From Acidimicrobiia bacterium UBA2766 (GTDB taxonomy: Bacteria; Actinomycetota; Acidimicrobiia; UBA2766), in the NCBI GenBank assembly GCA_002352645.1, contig DEIU01000010.1, positions 138,348-202,347 on the forward strand: a stretch of 64,000 nucleotides of DNA, in the 5' to 3' direction. Positions within the stretch are counted from its first letter, which is position 1. The number at the start of each line of letters is the position of its first letter. Shown here in pieces: positions 1 to 9,101 of this stretch. Made by a program: the position numbers and the translations under genes. The notes beneath the pieces are model-generated. The model was not told the origin of the DNA and ran no database searches. It saw only the letters and a program-made list of their open reading frames with translations.

Positions 1-555
1 TCGAAGAAAATTGACAAAAGGGAAAGAAAACGCGAAAAAATATCACGCTTTTCAGAAATGGTGTGCAATTCAACCTGGACGCCGGTCTTGTTTTCCGCCC
101 ACGCGGCATCCTGAGAGTCCCACTCTTGCTGTGAAGATTCTCGCGCTTGCGGCGCAGAGCCCCACCCCTCCAATCCTGTCTCGACCACTATCGACTCCTT
201 CCTGGCTTTTCTCTGGGCTGGAGTCAACAACCCAGAGGCCCCCCACAATACCACCCCAGAAGGTAATATTCTGACCATTCCACCCACAACTCCCAAGTCA
301 GTCAGAGAGCTCCGATCCCAAAGCCGAATGGATGCAAAAACCAATTTGAAAAGTTCAATGCATACATGTATCCTACGGATGTCTTTGACAAGAGATCAAC
401 ACCAGATCAAACGAGAACAACGGACTTGCGAGGGTTTCCCCACCCCCCTGGAGAAAGGGTCTCTGTCACCGGACCCTCCTCATTCCAGCACTACCCTCGC
501 ACCACCCACATGTATCCACGCTCCCCCGGCCCCGCGGGTTGAGCTCCGGTGGTAG

Positions 556-583
556 CCTCGGACTCTCAATCGGGAGTCCGAGG
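556..583. other. Perfect 10-bp stem-loop (cctcggactc / gagtccgagg, 8-nt loop) in a gene-free region
   Basis: Read directly from the sequence. There is no T-tract on either side, so its role (terminator, processing site or binding site) is unresolved. Confidence 0.3.
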
Positions 584-796
584 CAGTCCGTTCCCTCTCA
601 CTCCCTCATTCTGCAATTCTCGAAGACTTTTCCTCTTCTCCCCAACACATAAAATTAGCAGATAAGACATTGCCCAGGTTTTCTCCACTTGGATGCTCCC
701 AAGAGTGCAGCAAACCTGAAAAAGGCATTTTTTTCTCACCGATCACAACGTCGTCAATACGTTGTCAATATGCCCTTTGCTCTGCCTTTCTTACAT

Positions 797-1648
797 TCAC
801 GCCTCGTCCCGCAAAAAACGTTCAATTTCAGACGCGATTTCTTCACCGCTCGGCAGGGAATCTTCCTGCAATTGCGCAGCGCTTTCCGCCACCATCTCAA
901 AACGGTCGATCATGGAAGCAAGTTCCGGACGGCCCGACAACTGTTCTTCAACTTTTTCTCGGTACTCTTCCACATCTTTTGCCAAATGTGACAAGTCCAG
1001 CTGCAATCTCGTGAGATCCATCAAACGCTGCAGCAAAGCCCGCACCCCCGGTGCAGAGGAGACCGAGGCGAGGTAAGGAGGAATCTGTGCCCAAAGCCCA
1101 ATCGCAGGAATGCCACGACGGCCCAATTCATACTGAAGAACTGTCAAAATACCGGTAGGGCCAGAATAATCAGGACGTCGTGGCAGAACCTTTCCCGCCG
1201 GCACGCTTTCATTCACCGTTGCCAGCACCTGTACAGGATAACGATGGGTGACCATGCCCGGCATCCCGCCGAGAATGTACACTTCCGAGACTCCAAGATC
1301 GATCGCGGTGTCAACGAGTTTGCCCACCAAAGAATGCCATTCTCGGGCCGGTTCAGGCCCTTGCAGCAGCAAAACGTCCCTTTCTGGGGAGTGGGCACCA
1401 GAAAGCACAAGACAGGGCCATTCCACACGAAGGATCTGTCCTTCGGAGATCTCCACAACTGGTCGACTTTGTGAAAGATCTACTGCCTGGGAAATATCCA
1501 GGCACATGATTTCTTCTGCTTCCAGTAGTTGTTCCGTCAGATATGTGACAGCGTTCACACCCGCCATCCCCGCGTCCACCCATCCAGAACATGCGGCAAC
1601 TAAAATAGGATCACGTAGCTCTTTCGCCCATTTCTCAAGTCTGCTCAT
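797..1648 (-). CDS. PAC2 family protein (proteasome-assembly-chaperone-like, actinobacterial type)
   Basis: 283-aa ORF with ATG at 1648. The N-terminus 'DPILVAACSGWVDAGMAGVNAV' and the overall length match my memory of the PAC2/DUF75 family. Confidence 0.7.
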   Translation of the reverse strand: MSRLEKWAKELRDPILVAACSGWVDAGMAGVNAVTYLTEQLLEAEEIMCLDISQAVDLSQSRPVVEISEGQILRVEWPCLVLSGAHSPERDVLLLQGPEPAREWHSLVGKLVDTAIDLGVSEVYILGGMPGMVTHRYPVQVLATVNESVPAGKVLPRRPDYSGPTGILTVLQYELGRRGIPAIGLWAQIPPYLASVSSAPGVRALLQRLMDLTRLQLDLSHLAKDVEEYREKVEEQLSGRPELASMIDRFEMVAESAAQLQEDSLPSGEEIASEIERFLRDEA

Positions 1649-2253
1649 AATTTCTCAAGTCACCACAGGAAACTTCAACACCGTCTGTTCAGTGTCTACT
1701 CAGCTTTTAGGTCGCCTTATTAGCATGGGATTATCCCCTAATAAAGCTATCTACGCCATTATTACCGTCTCATCACCACAATGCCACGAAACACAGCAAC
1801 ACACTACGCATTCTGCCTTACTCAAACTGCAGGATTGACTCTCATCACGATACGATACTTTTTCTCCTCATCCCAATTGTCTCAAGATAGTTGTCTTTTC
1901 TGAGAGATACTTCTGAAAAAAACATCTTCTTTCTGAAAATCCAGAAAAAAAGCGATTTTCTCGCTGTTTTCTCCGTCAGTTCCTATTCTTCCCTTACATC
2001 CTCGTATTTCTCAGGAAAGACAGGATATGCCGAAAACGCAAAGACACACTCGACACAGTGTCGACAGGGACTCAACACAGAAACTCGACACAGATGTGTT
2101 GTCGCCCCCCTATAGGCATCCGGTAGCCTGAAAAGGGGTGGCAAGTCTGACACTGCTCTTGGACCTTCTTGGACTTTCGAGAAGTTCCAAGACCCTGTCA
2201 AAAAACGAGCACCTCCGCCTTTGTGTTCCCTGGCCCATTTGGAGACCGGATTT

Positions 2254-3348
2254 GTGAGCGGTGAAACCCCCGAAGCTAAAGCGCCAACCACTACAACGAC
2301 AGTTTCCGGCAAGAAAAAAGCGGCAACTATCGCTCGAATCGCAGGATACAAGCCTCTCGCAGCATCGCTTGAAGAAACAGAAGCGCGTCTCGCGCGAGCT
2401 GTCACTGCCCAACCCCGACTCCTTGGAGACGTCGCAGGCCATCTGCTCGCGGCGGGCGGCAAACGCGTACGCCCGGCACTTGCCCTGCTCTTCGCAGATC
2501 TTGTGCTCCCCGCACAGGCCACACCCGCCCAAGCCCAAGATATTCGCACACGTGCGGTTTCTGCGGGAGTATCCTGCGAACTCGTCCACCTCGGCAGTCT
2601 CTACCATGACGACGTGATCGACGAGGCCACGACACGACGTGGCGTTCCCACAGTCAATGTGAACTGGTCGAATACCGTAGCAGTCCTCGCAGGAGACTTT
2701 CTCCTTGCCCGAGCCTCAGAAATCTCGGCTCAACTCGGCGCTGACGTTGCGGACATGCTCGCATGGACCATCACCCAGCTTGTGATGGGAGAGTTGCTCG
2801 AGCTTGAACAACTTTTTGATCACACCACATCGGTCGAAACCTACTTCAAAGTTGTGGACGGCAAAACAGCATCACTCATGGGCACTTCCTGCCGTTTGGG
2901 CTCGCTTATGGCCGACCCCTCCAGCACAACAAAGAGTGATCTTGCCTTTGAGTTCGGCAGCCAACTCGGACGGGTCTTTCAAATCGTTGATGACATCTTG
3001 GACTTGGTGGCAGACGAATCTGCAACAGGCAAGCGCACCGGCATCGATCTTCTCGAAGGCGTCTACACTCTTCCTGTGCTGCTTGCAGTGCACAATGAAA
3101 AGGAAAAGAAGCAGAAAAACACACTCGCAAAACTGCTCGAAAACCAGGTTAACGATCAGGTACTCGACGAGACGACCAACCTCATACGAAAACTCGGAGG
3201 CATCGAAGATGCCAAACTCGTCGCAGCACATCACCTGACCCGTTGTGAAGAAATCCTGAGAAAATTTCCACAAAACACCGCGAATGAAGCCCTGAGCCGG
3301 CTTGCGCGCTACGTGCTCTCCCGTGCCCCGGAAGGCACTTCATCCTAA
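2254..3348 (+). CDS. Polyprenyl diphosphate synthase (trans-isoprenyl diphosphate synthase family)
   Basis: Both Asp-rich motifs are present ('LYHDDVIDE' and 'QIVDDILD'), as is 'GGKRVRPAL'. The ORF opens at 2221 (TTG), but GTG 2254 has GGAGAC 7 nt upstream. Confidence 0.85.
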   Translation: MSGETPEAKAPTTTTTVSGKKKAATIARIAGYKPLAASLEETEARLARAVTAQPRLLGDVAGHLLAAGGKRVRPALALLFADLVLPAQATPAQAQDIRTRAVSAGVSCELVHLGSLYHDDVIDEATTRRGVPTVNVNWSNTVAVLAGDFLLARASEISAQLGADVADMLAWTITQLVMGELLELEQLFDHTTSVETYFKVVDGKTASLMGTSCRLGSLMADPSSTTKSDLAFEFGSQLGRVFQIVDDILDLVADESATGKRTGIDLLEGVYTLPVLLAVHNEKEKKQKNTLAKLLENQVNDQVLDETTNLIRKLGGIEDAKLVAAHHLTRCEEILRKFPQNTANEALSRLARYVLSRAPEGTSS

Positions 3349-3468
3349 ATCCAGGGAAAGAACGTGCCGGCCCGCGATGTTTCATGGCACAAGAGAGCAT
3401 AAGAATAGATCTTTACGCCTTTTCGCCTTTTCGCCCAGCACTTTGTAGAGAAATCTCGGAACAAATAC

Positions 3469-3506
3469 AATCAGGATGAAGGGCGAATTCGCCCTTCATC
3501 CTGATT
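3469..3506. terminator. 38-nt perfect palindrome, probable bidirectional terminator between convergent genes
   Basis: aatcaggatgaagggcg-aatt-cgcccttcatcctgatt. T-containing tails follow on both strands. It lies between the stop at 3348 (+) and the stop at 3528 (-). Confidence 0.6.
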
Positions 3507-3527
3507 TGCAAAGAGAAAAGACGCGCC

Positions 3528-4751
3528 TCACACGCCTTTCGGGACGTCTTTCCATGCGACGTCTTTATCCACCCGTGGCTCACCAGGCAACTGAAGCACA
3601 CGCTCCCCGATGATATTTTTCATCACCTCATCTGTTCCACCACCAAGATGCATCCCAGGAGCACCGACCATCATGAGATGCCAATCGAAGCGATCGTTGA
3701 TCTCTGCTGTGCCTTCAGGGCCAAGCAAAGACATGGTGAGCGCCCCAATATCGGTCAATAGGGTGCTGCCAAACAGTTTTCCAATCGAACCTTCGGGTCC
3801 AGGGACAGTGCCCTGGGAAAGAGACGTCAGGCTGCGCATCCCATTGTATTTCATAATCCGGGAACGGATATGCAAGTCAGCAAGCTGCTGACGCACAAGA
3901 GGATCTGTCGCCTTGCCTGTTTTCTTGGCATACTCAATCAGAGGACGCAGCCCTCCGCTCATGCTCCCGCCTGACCCAATGGAAGCCCGCTCATTCATCA
4001 AAGTCGTGATGGCAACCGTCCAGCCTTTATTCACGTCTCCAAGTCGGTTCGAGTCCGGCACGCGCACTTCATCAAAAAATACTTCGTTGAAAGCTGCCCC
4101 GCCCGTCATCTGACGCAGGGGTTGTACAGTGACGCCCGGCGCTTTCATGTCGACAATGAAAGCGGTAATCCCACGGTGTTTCGGAGCATCCGGATCTGTC
4201 CGGCAAATGATCTCTCCAAAGTCACTGAATTGGGCGCCCGATGTCCAGACCTTCTGCCCGCTCAGGAGCCATTCGTCACCATCGCGCTGCGCGCTTGTGC
4301 TCAACGAGGCGACGTCAGATCCCGCACCAGGTTCTGAGAACAGCTGGCACCAAACCTCTTCTCCACGCACCAACTTCTTCAGGTAGCGCTCGCGCTGTGC
4401 ATCAGTGCCACAAGTACGAATGGTGGGAGCAACCATCCCCAGACCGATCATAAAAGGATCCGTCTGTACTTTGTATTTGCTCTCTTCTTGACCGAAGATG
4501 ACCTGCTGCATGGGGGTACCCCCGCAGCCTCCAAATTCCGGTTCCCAACTGATCTTGGCAAAGCCGGCATCAAACTTTTGGGCCTGCCAGGCTTTCGCAC
4601 TTGCCATGAGCCCGCTTGCATCCCGCTCGGCGGCAAACGGACCACGCAAATTCTCTGCGCCTGCCTCTTCGCGCCGATCGGCCCTCTCCTCAAGCCACTG
4701 CACACACTTCGCCCGCCACTCTGCTTCTTCCGGCGTATCATTGAAATCCAC
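3528..4751 (-). CDS. Acyl-CoA dehydrogenase family protein; paralog of 56135..57382 with Gly at the canonical catalytic-Glu position
   Basis: Strong colinear similarity to the 56135..57382 product (e.g. 'EVWCQLFSEPGAGSD', 'GQKVWTS', 'LRQMTGGAAFNEVFFD'). I prefer GTG 4751, which is preceded by GGAGAGGGGG and aligns with the paralog's N-terminus. ATG 4790 is an alternative. The track ORF running to 5105 is an over-extension. Confidence 0.85.
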   Translation of the reverse strand: MDFNDTPEEAEWRAKCVQWLEERADRREEAGAENLRGPFAAERDASGLMASAKAWQAQKFDAGFAKISWEPEFGGCGGTPMQQVIFGQEESKYKVQTDPFMIGLGMVAPTIRTCGTDAQRERYLKKLVRGEEVWCQLFSEPGAGSDVASLSTSAQRDGDEWLLSGQKVWTSGAQFSDFGEIICRTDPDAPKHRGITAFIVDMKAPGVTVQPLRQMTGGAAFNEVFFDEVRVPDSNRLGDVNKGWTVAITTLMNERASIGSGGSMSGGLRPLIEYAKKTGKATDPLVRQQLADLHIRSRIMKYNGMRSLTSLSQGTVPGPEGSIGKLFGSTLLTDIGALTMSLLGPEGTAEINDRFDWHLMMVGAPGMHLGGGTDEVMKNIIGERVLQLPGEPRVDKDVAWKDVPKGV

Positions 4752-5053
4752 TTGGCCGCCCCCTCTCCGTCTTTTCTCCGAACAGCTCATTGTAAACACC
4801 TGACCGCCACCTCTGAGAACGACAAGCCTCACAAAACTGAGAGAGAGCACAAGAACTGGGAATTCTGTGCTGGGAAAGAAGGGGGAAATGACAAAAGCCG
4901 GCCCTCTTTCGTTCTCGTCCTTCTTCTCCATCTGTCTGCCTGCTCTCCGCACACATTGCAGGGACGGCTCTCCAATTCCACACCCTCTTGTGGTATTGAC
5001 CCCTTGCATGGCTCCTTGGGTTGGCTGTGCGCACCGACAGCTTCTCCGACTTT

Positions 5054-6409
5054 TCAGGAAAGTCTTTCCGAGGCTCGACGCGCTGCAATTGCAACAGGGT
5101 CCCACACTGGGGAAAAAGGCGGAGCGTACGAGAGATCCATCTGGGCGATCTCCCCCACGGTCATTTCATTCCAAAGAGCCGTTGCAAACACGTCGATGCG
5201 TTTCCCAGAACCTGCACAGCCCACGATTTGTGCCCCGAGAAGACGCCCTGTTGGCTTCTCCGCCACCGTTTTCACAACAATCTCGTCTGCTCCCGGAAAA
5301 TATTCCGGACGTGAGCGAGAAATTGTCGTGAGCGCCGTATACGACAACCCCGCCTTGTCTGCCTCTCGCTCTGTCAGGCCGGTACGGGCAACTTCGACAG
5401 AACAGATACGCGAAATCGCAGTTCCAAGGACACCCGAAAACACAGCATCTCCACCAGAAATATTGATACCTGCCACCCGACCCTGCTTATTCGCATGCGT
5501 TCCCAGCCCAATTACAATTGGCCGGCCTGTGACCCGGTGGACAGATTGCACACAGTCTCCTGCCGCCCAGATCCCAGGCACACAAGTCTGCATGTGCGCG
5601 TCAACGACAATACCTCCGGTCTCACCCACTTCAATACCTGCCGCACGAGCGAGCCGGGTATTGGGACGGCTTCCCATTCCCAAGACCACAACATCAGCCG
5701 GAAAGCTTCCTGCAGAAGTCGTCACTTCCCGCACACAACCATCCTGCCCTAGCACGAATCCCTCCACAGAGGTATTTCGATGGAATTGCACCCCCACTCT
5801 TTCAAGAGCGGTCGCCACTCTGGCACCCATATCCGGATCAAGCGTGCCCATCGGCTGTTCCGCGGCCTCAATCAGCGTCACGTGACAGCCCTGTTCCACA
5901 TAGGCTTCAGCCATTTCAAGGCCGATATATCCACCTCCGACAACAACAACTTCGGCACCCTTGCCTGCGAACCGGCGCAAACGGTGTCCATCATCAAGCG
6001 TGTGCACTCCCAGAACGTTTTCCGCATCAATCCCCGGGATGGGGGGACGCACAGGACGGCTTCCTGTCGCAATAAGCAGCTGGTCAAAAGAAACACTGTT
6101 CTCTGTACCTTGGGACAGATCCCGTAACTTGATGACCTGAGCCGCGGTATCGATCTCGACCACTTCATGGGCAAGGTGCACCTGAATGTCACGCTTCGCA
6201 AAGTCTGCAGGCCGTCGCACCACAAGATCATCCACTTCAGGAATAAGGCCGGAAACATAGTAAGGAATACCGCAGCCCGAATAAGAGGTGTAGTGGCCGA
6301 GTTCGAAAACCAAAATCTCTTTCTCTGTTGCAGAACAGCGCCGGCGCACAACCGAAGCCGCACTCATTCCCCCCGCATTCGCCCCGATAACCACCAAACG
6401 ATCCGACAT
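5054..6409 (-). CDS. Pyridine nucleotide-disulfide oxidoreductase, CoA-disulfide reductase / NADH oxidase type
   Basis: N-terminal FAD fold 'VVIGANAGG', a single redox Cys in 'SYSGCGIPYY', and a second dinucleotide fold 'VVVVGGGYIGLE'. ATG 6409 has a GAGGAG RBS. Confidence 0.85.
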   Translation of the reverse strand: MSDRLVVIGANAGGMSAASVVRRRCSATEKEILVFELGHYTSYSGCGIPYYVSGLIPEVDDLVVRRPADFAKRDIQVHLAHEVVEIDTAAQVIKLRDLSQGTENSVSFDQLLIATGSRPVRPPIPGIDAENVLGVHTLDDGHRLRRFAGKGAEVVVVGGGYIGLEMAEAYVEQGCHVTLIEAAEQPMGTLDPDMGARVATALERVGVQFHRNTSVEGFVLGQDGCVREVTTSAGSFPADVVVLGMGSRPNTRLARAAGIEVGETGGIVVDAHMQTCVPGIWAAGDCVQSVHRVTGRPIVIGLGTHANKQGRVAGINISGGDAVFSGVLGTAISRICSVEVARTGLTEREADKAGLSYTALTTISRSRPEYFPGADEIVVKTVAEKPTGRLLGAQIVGCAGSGKRIDVFATALWNEMTVGEIAQMDLSYAPPFSPVWDPVAIAARRASERLS

Positions 6410-7139
6410 TTTTTCTCCTCATCCCGACACATTCGAACAGTCCTGAATGTACCAATATCCGGACAGGTTGCGCCGCTCCTCACCTGTATTGAGAGAAACA
6501 CGCCGGCAGTCCCGTTTCCCATCTTCGAGAGGCCAATTCCTATCGGATATCAAACAGTTCACAAAAGAGAACCTGAGAATGCCTTTTCCTTCCAGAAAAA
6601 CGTGCCACAGGGACATGGTCGAGTCGATTATCGGCAGGTTTGTCGACAAGTTTGTCGGCAAACCTCTTTGTCATCGCAGAAATCCGGCCCTCCACATGCC
6701 CCCCAAGCCACGAAAAAACCTGTCCCGTCTCACCTGGCATCTTTGCGCTTTTCTCAATGGTTCTCGCACCTCTCTCATCGTCCAACTCGGAAAAAGCAAA
6801 GAAGAAATGCCGCAAAAATTCTTGCGAGAAGACCGCGAGACAGAGAAAAGAAAAAGATCACACCAGAACCCTGCGGTTTTCTTGCTCGTAGAAGACATTT
6901 ACTGGGTAAACTATTGCGCACACCGTCTGTCGTCTCTGGGGTCCGCTCTTTCGTGCTGCCGCCACCAACAGGAACACACAGCACTGTCAGGATTGCCCTG
7001 TTCTCTGCACAGTACGAGAGAAGCAAAAACACAGACAACCAGACAACGACAAAGGGCGCGAGGTCGTTTCACCATGCCGCGAAAATACGTGGCATGTCCG
7101 ACCCCTCATTTTTCTGCCCCATCATCACCGGAGAAACCC

Positions 7140-7424
7140 ATGAAAAAAGACATCCACCCAAACTACCGGGAGGTCGTATTCCAAGATGCCTCCGCCGAAT
7201 TCTCCTTTTTGACCAGATCAACTGTCCCATCAGAGCACACGATTACATGGGAAGATGGTAATGAGTACCCACTGGTAAAAGTCGAGCTTTCTTCGGAAAG
7301 TCATCCCTTCTATACCGGGAAAATGAAACTCGTCGACACCGCAGGACGTATCGAAAAGTTCCGTCGCAAGTACCAAAGACTCTCACCACCAATGAGCGAA
7401 ACAAAGAACGAGTCTGATTCCTGA
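7140..7424 (+). CDS. rpmE2: 50S ribosomal protein L31, type B (no CxxC zinc motif)
   Basis: '[16 protein letters not shown]...[25 protein letters not shown]' matches the type B L31 pattern and contains no cysteine. A GGAGAA RBS lies ahead of ATG 7140. The frame happens to stay open back to 6447. Confidence 0.9.
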   Translation: MKKDIHPNYREVVFQDASAEFSFLTRSTVPSEHTITWEDGNEYPLVKVELSSESHPFYTGKMKLVDTAGRIEKFRRKYQRLSPPMSETKNESDS

Positions 7425-7674
7425 AAACCGGCAAGCAGACCGGGGCACACAGCGGCAAAAATCAAAGAAGACACTGTCTGTCGCAACCAGACCGGCGTGT
7501 ATCCCTGTTCTATTGATATTTTGACATTTCGCCTTTGCCGGCCTTCGAGTTTCTGCAAGAGAAAAACATCTCCCCCTACTGCAAAAAACAGAAGCCGCTC
7601 AGTTTCTCTCACCAGAGAATGACAAGCTCTTCCATCCTGCCTCCCCCGCCCGAGGTCACAACGAAAGTAACACA

Positions 7675-8208
7675 ATGCCGAGAATTGCTATTGTCGGATC
7701 TTTCAGCACAGGAAAAACCACTCTTGCCAGGCAACTTGCACAAGACCTCGATCTCCCTCTGCTCCCGGAAGTAGCACGTGAAATCGTAGATCTCGGTTTC
7801 AAACTGGACAAAGACGCGAATGCAGAAGTTGAGACGCTCATCTTTCTCCGGCAGTACTATTCCGAACTCGCCCATCCTGAATTCGTTGGTGATAGAAGCC
7901 TGCTTGACGTGATGACCTACGCGGGATGGGTCATGGAGAATCAGGACCATCGCAAAGAAAACGCGCTGTGGGAAGCCTGCCTCGACATCGCAACCTACCA
8001 TCTGCGATCACAGTATTCTCACGTTTATTATCTTCCGATCGAGTTTCCGATTGTGCTCGATGGGTTGCGACCGGATGACCCGGCATTTCAAGCAGACATC
8101 GACGAGCGCATGCGTAAACTCATGTACAATCAGGACATCTCCTATACCTCGCTCACGGGAAGCGTGGAAGAACGACTCATCCAAGTAACACAGGACCTGG
8201 AAAAATAA
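7675..8208 (+). CDS. P-loop ATPase (AAA_28 / NadR-C-terminal-like)
   Basis: 177 aa with Walker A 'GSFSTGKTTL' at the N-terminus. Size and layout match small NadR-type ATPases. Confidence 0.6.
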   Translation: MPRIAIVGSFSTGKTTLARQLAQDLDLPLLPEVAREIVDLGFKLDKDANAEVETLIFLRQYYSELAHPEFVGDRSLLDVMTYAGWVMENQDHRKENALWEACLDIATYHLRSQYSHVYYLPIEFPIVLDGLRPDDPAFQADIDERMRKLMYNQDISYTSLTGSVEERLIQVTQDLEK

Positions 8209-8372
8209 CTTGTTCGACAAGAAATCCCGTGATCTTCTAGAGTAAAATATACTGCTTTTGCTTTTGCGCCGGCCCACGCCAGAAGGCAGCCGCCATTCCG
8301 ACGCATTTCCGGTCTTGGTCAAGCGCATCCATTTACCGCGCAGCCCGCGCCCTGCAAAAAAAGGTGTTCCCG

Positions 8373-8537
8373 ATGGCGAAACAAGGCCCCCGCCAAAAAA
8401 TTACGCTCGAGTGCACAGAAACCGGTGACCGCAACTACGTCACCTACAAAAACAAACGCAACACCCCGGGACGTCTAGAGGTGAAAAAGTACTCGCCTCG
8501 CCTACGCCGTCACACCCTGCACCGAGAAACACGCTGA
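8373..8537 (+). CDS. rpmG: 50S ribosomal protein L33 (cysteine-poor form)
   Basis: Translated by hand because it is below the ORF-track cutoff: [54 protein letters not shown]. This is the L33 signature with a single Cys, where the zinc-ribbon form has four. Confidence 0.85.
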   Translation: MAKQGPRQKITLECTETGDRNYVTYKNKRNTPGRLEVKKYSPRLRRHTLHRETR

Positions 8538-9101
8538 GTCCTCTCTCACAAGTTTCTTTTACATGCTTCGACAGTTTTCGCTCGCCCGTATTCGCGCGCA
8601 TCAGGGGCACAGCTGCCTACTTTTTTCGCACCTGCACACCCATCCCTGACGTGCGCACGACACCACAGCACTATCACGCCCACTATCACACCAAAAAAGA
8701 CAGGCTTCTACAACTCCCTCTCATCCGATCCTCCCCAAAGACGCAGGACCCTCTGACAGCCTCTCATTGGCTCTTGCCCAGAAGACCATTCAGGGAAATG
8801 CTCGTCCAGAGAGGGCGCAGCCGCACCTCGTCCTCGGAGATCCCCCACAGCTGCGCTCTGTCACATCATTCTTTGCGCGCGCTCAAACGCCGGACTTCCC
8901 TTTTTTGCATAGGCAGACCGCTCCTACGCCAAAGAAAATTCTGAGAAAGAAAGCAGGGCCGCAGAAACGACAGAGAAGCCGGCAAGGGTGAGATAACACA
9001 CAAGAGATTATCGAGACAATCGACGAGCAACGCTGCTTGCGCACGACACAGATTTCCAAGAGAACAAGAAACCCTGTTTTTTCTCTCTTTCTCCCCAAGT
9101 T

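Noticed and set aside
1630-1661. Exact 12-nt repeat atttctcaagtc, 20 nt apart, straddling the PAC2 start codon.
   Set aside because: It is short and a single pair, with no symmetry. It is probably a chance event or a micro-duplication, and I can argue no functional implication.
4752-5105. N-terminal 118 codons of the 3528-5105 ORF, which would overlap the 3' end of the oxidoreductase gene.
   Set aside because: The paralog alignment and a strong RBS place the start at GTG 4751. The upstream part is Cys/Arg-rich, non-homologous sequence.
4488-5885. 465-aa + strand ORF. Similar long antisense ORFs lie at 11684-12889 (+), 41328-42227 (-), 48884-49936 (+) and 60824-61849 (-).
   Set aside because: Each lies exactly antisense to a gene with strong family motifs. 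Their translations are Pro/Arg/Ser/Thr-rich and low-complexity, with no recognisable motifs. This is the usual shadow-ORF artefact of biased codon usage.
6900-7139. Possible Zur box upstream of rpmE2 (catgcc-N12-ggcatg at about 7072-7095), and a small palindrome cttgt-tcg-acaag at 8209-8221 upstream of rpmG.
   Set aside because: Neither resembles the AT-rich Zur operator consensus known from actinobacteria. The arms are short (5-6 nt) and could arise by chance.
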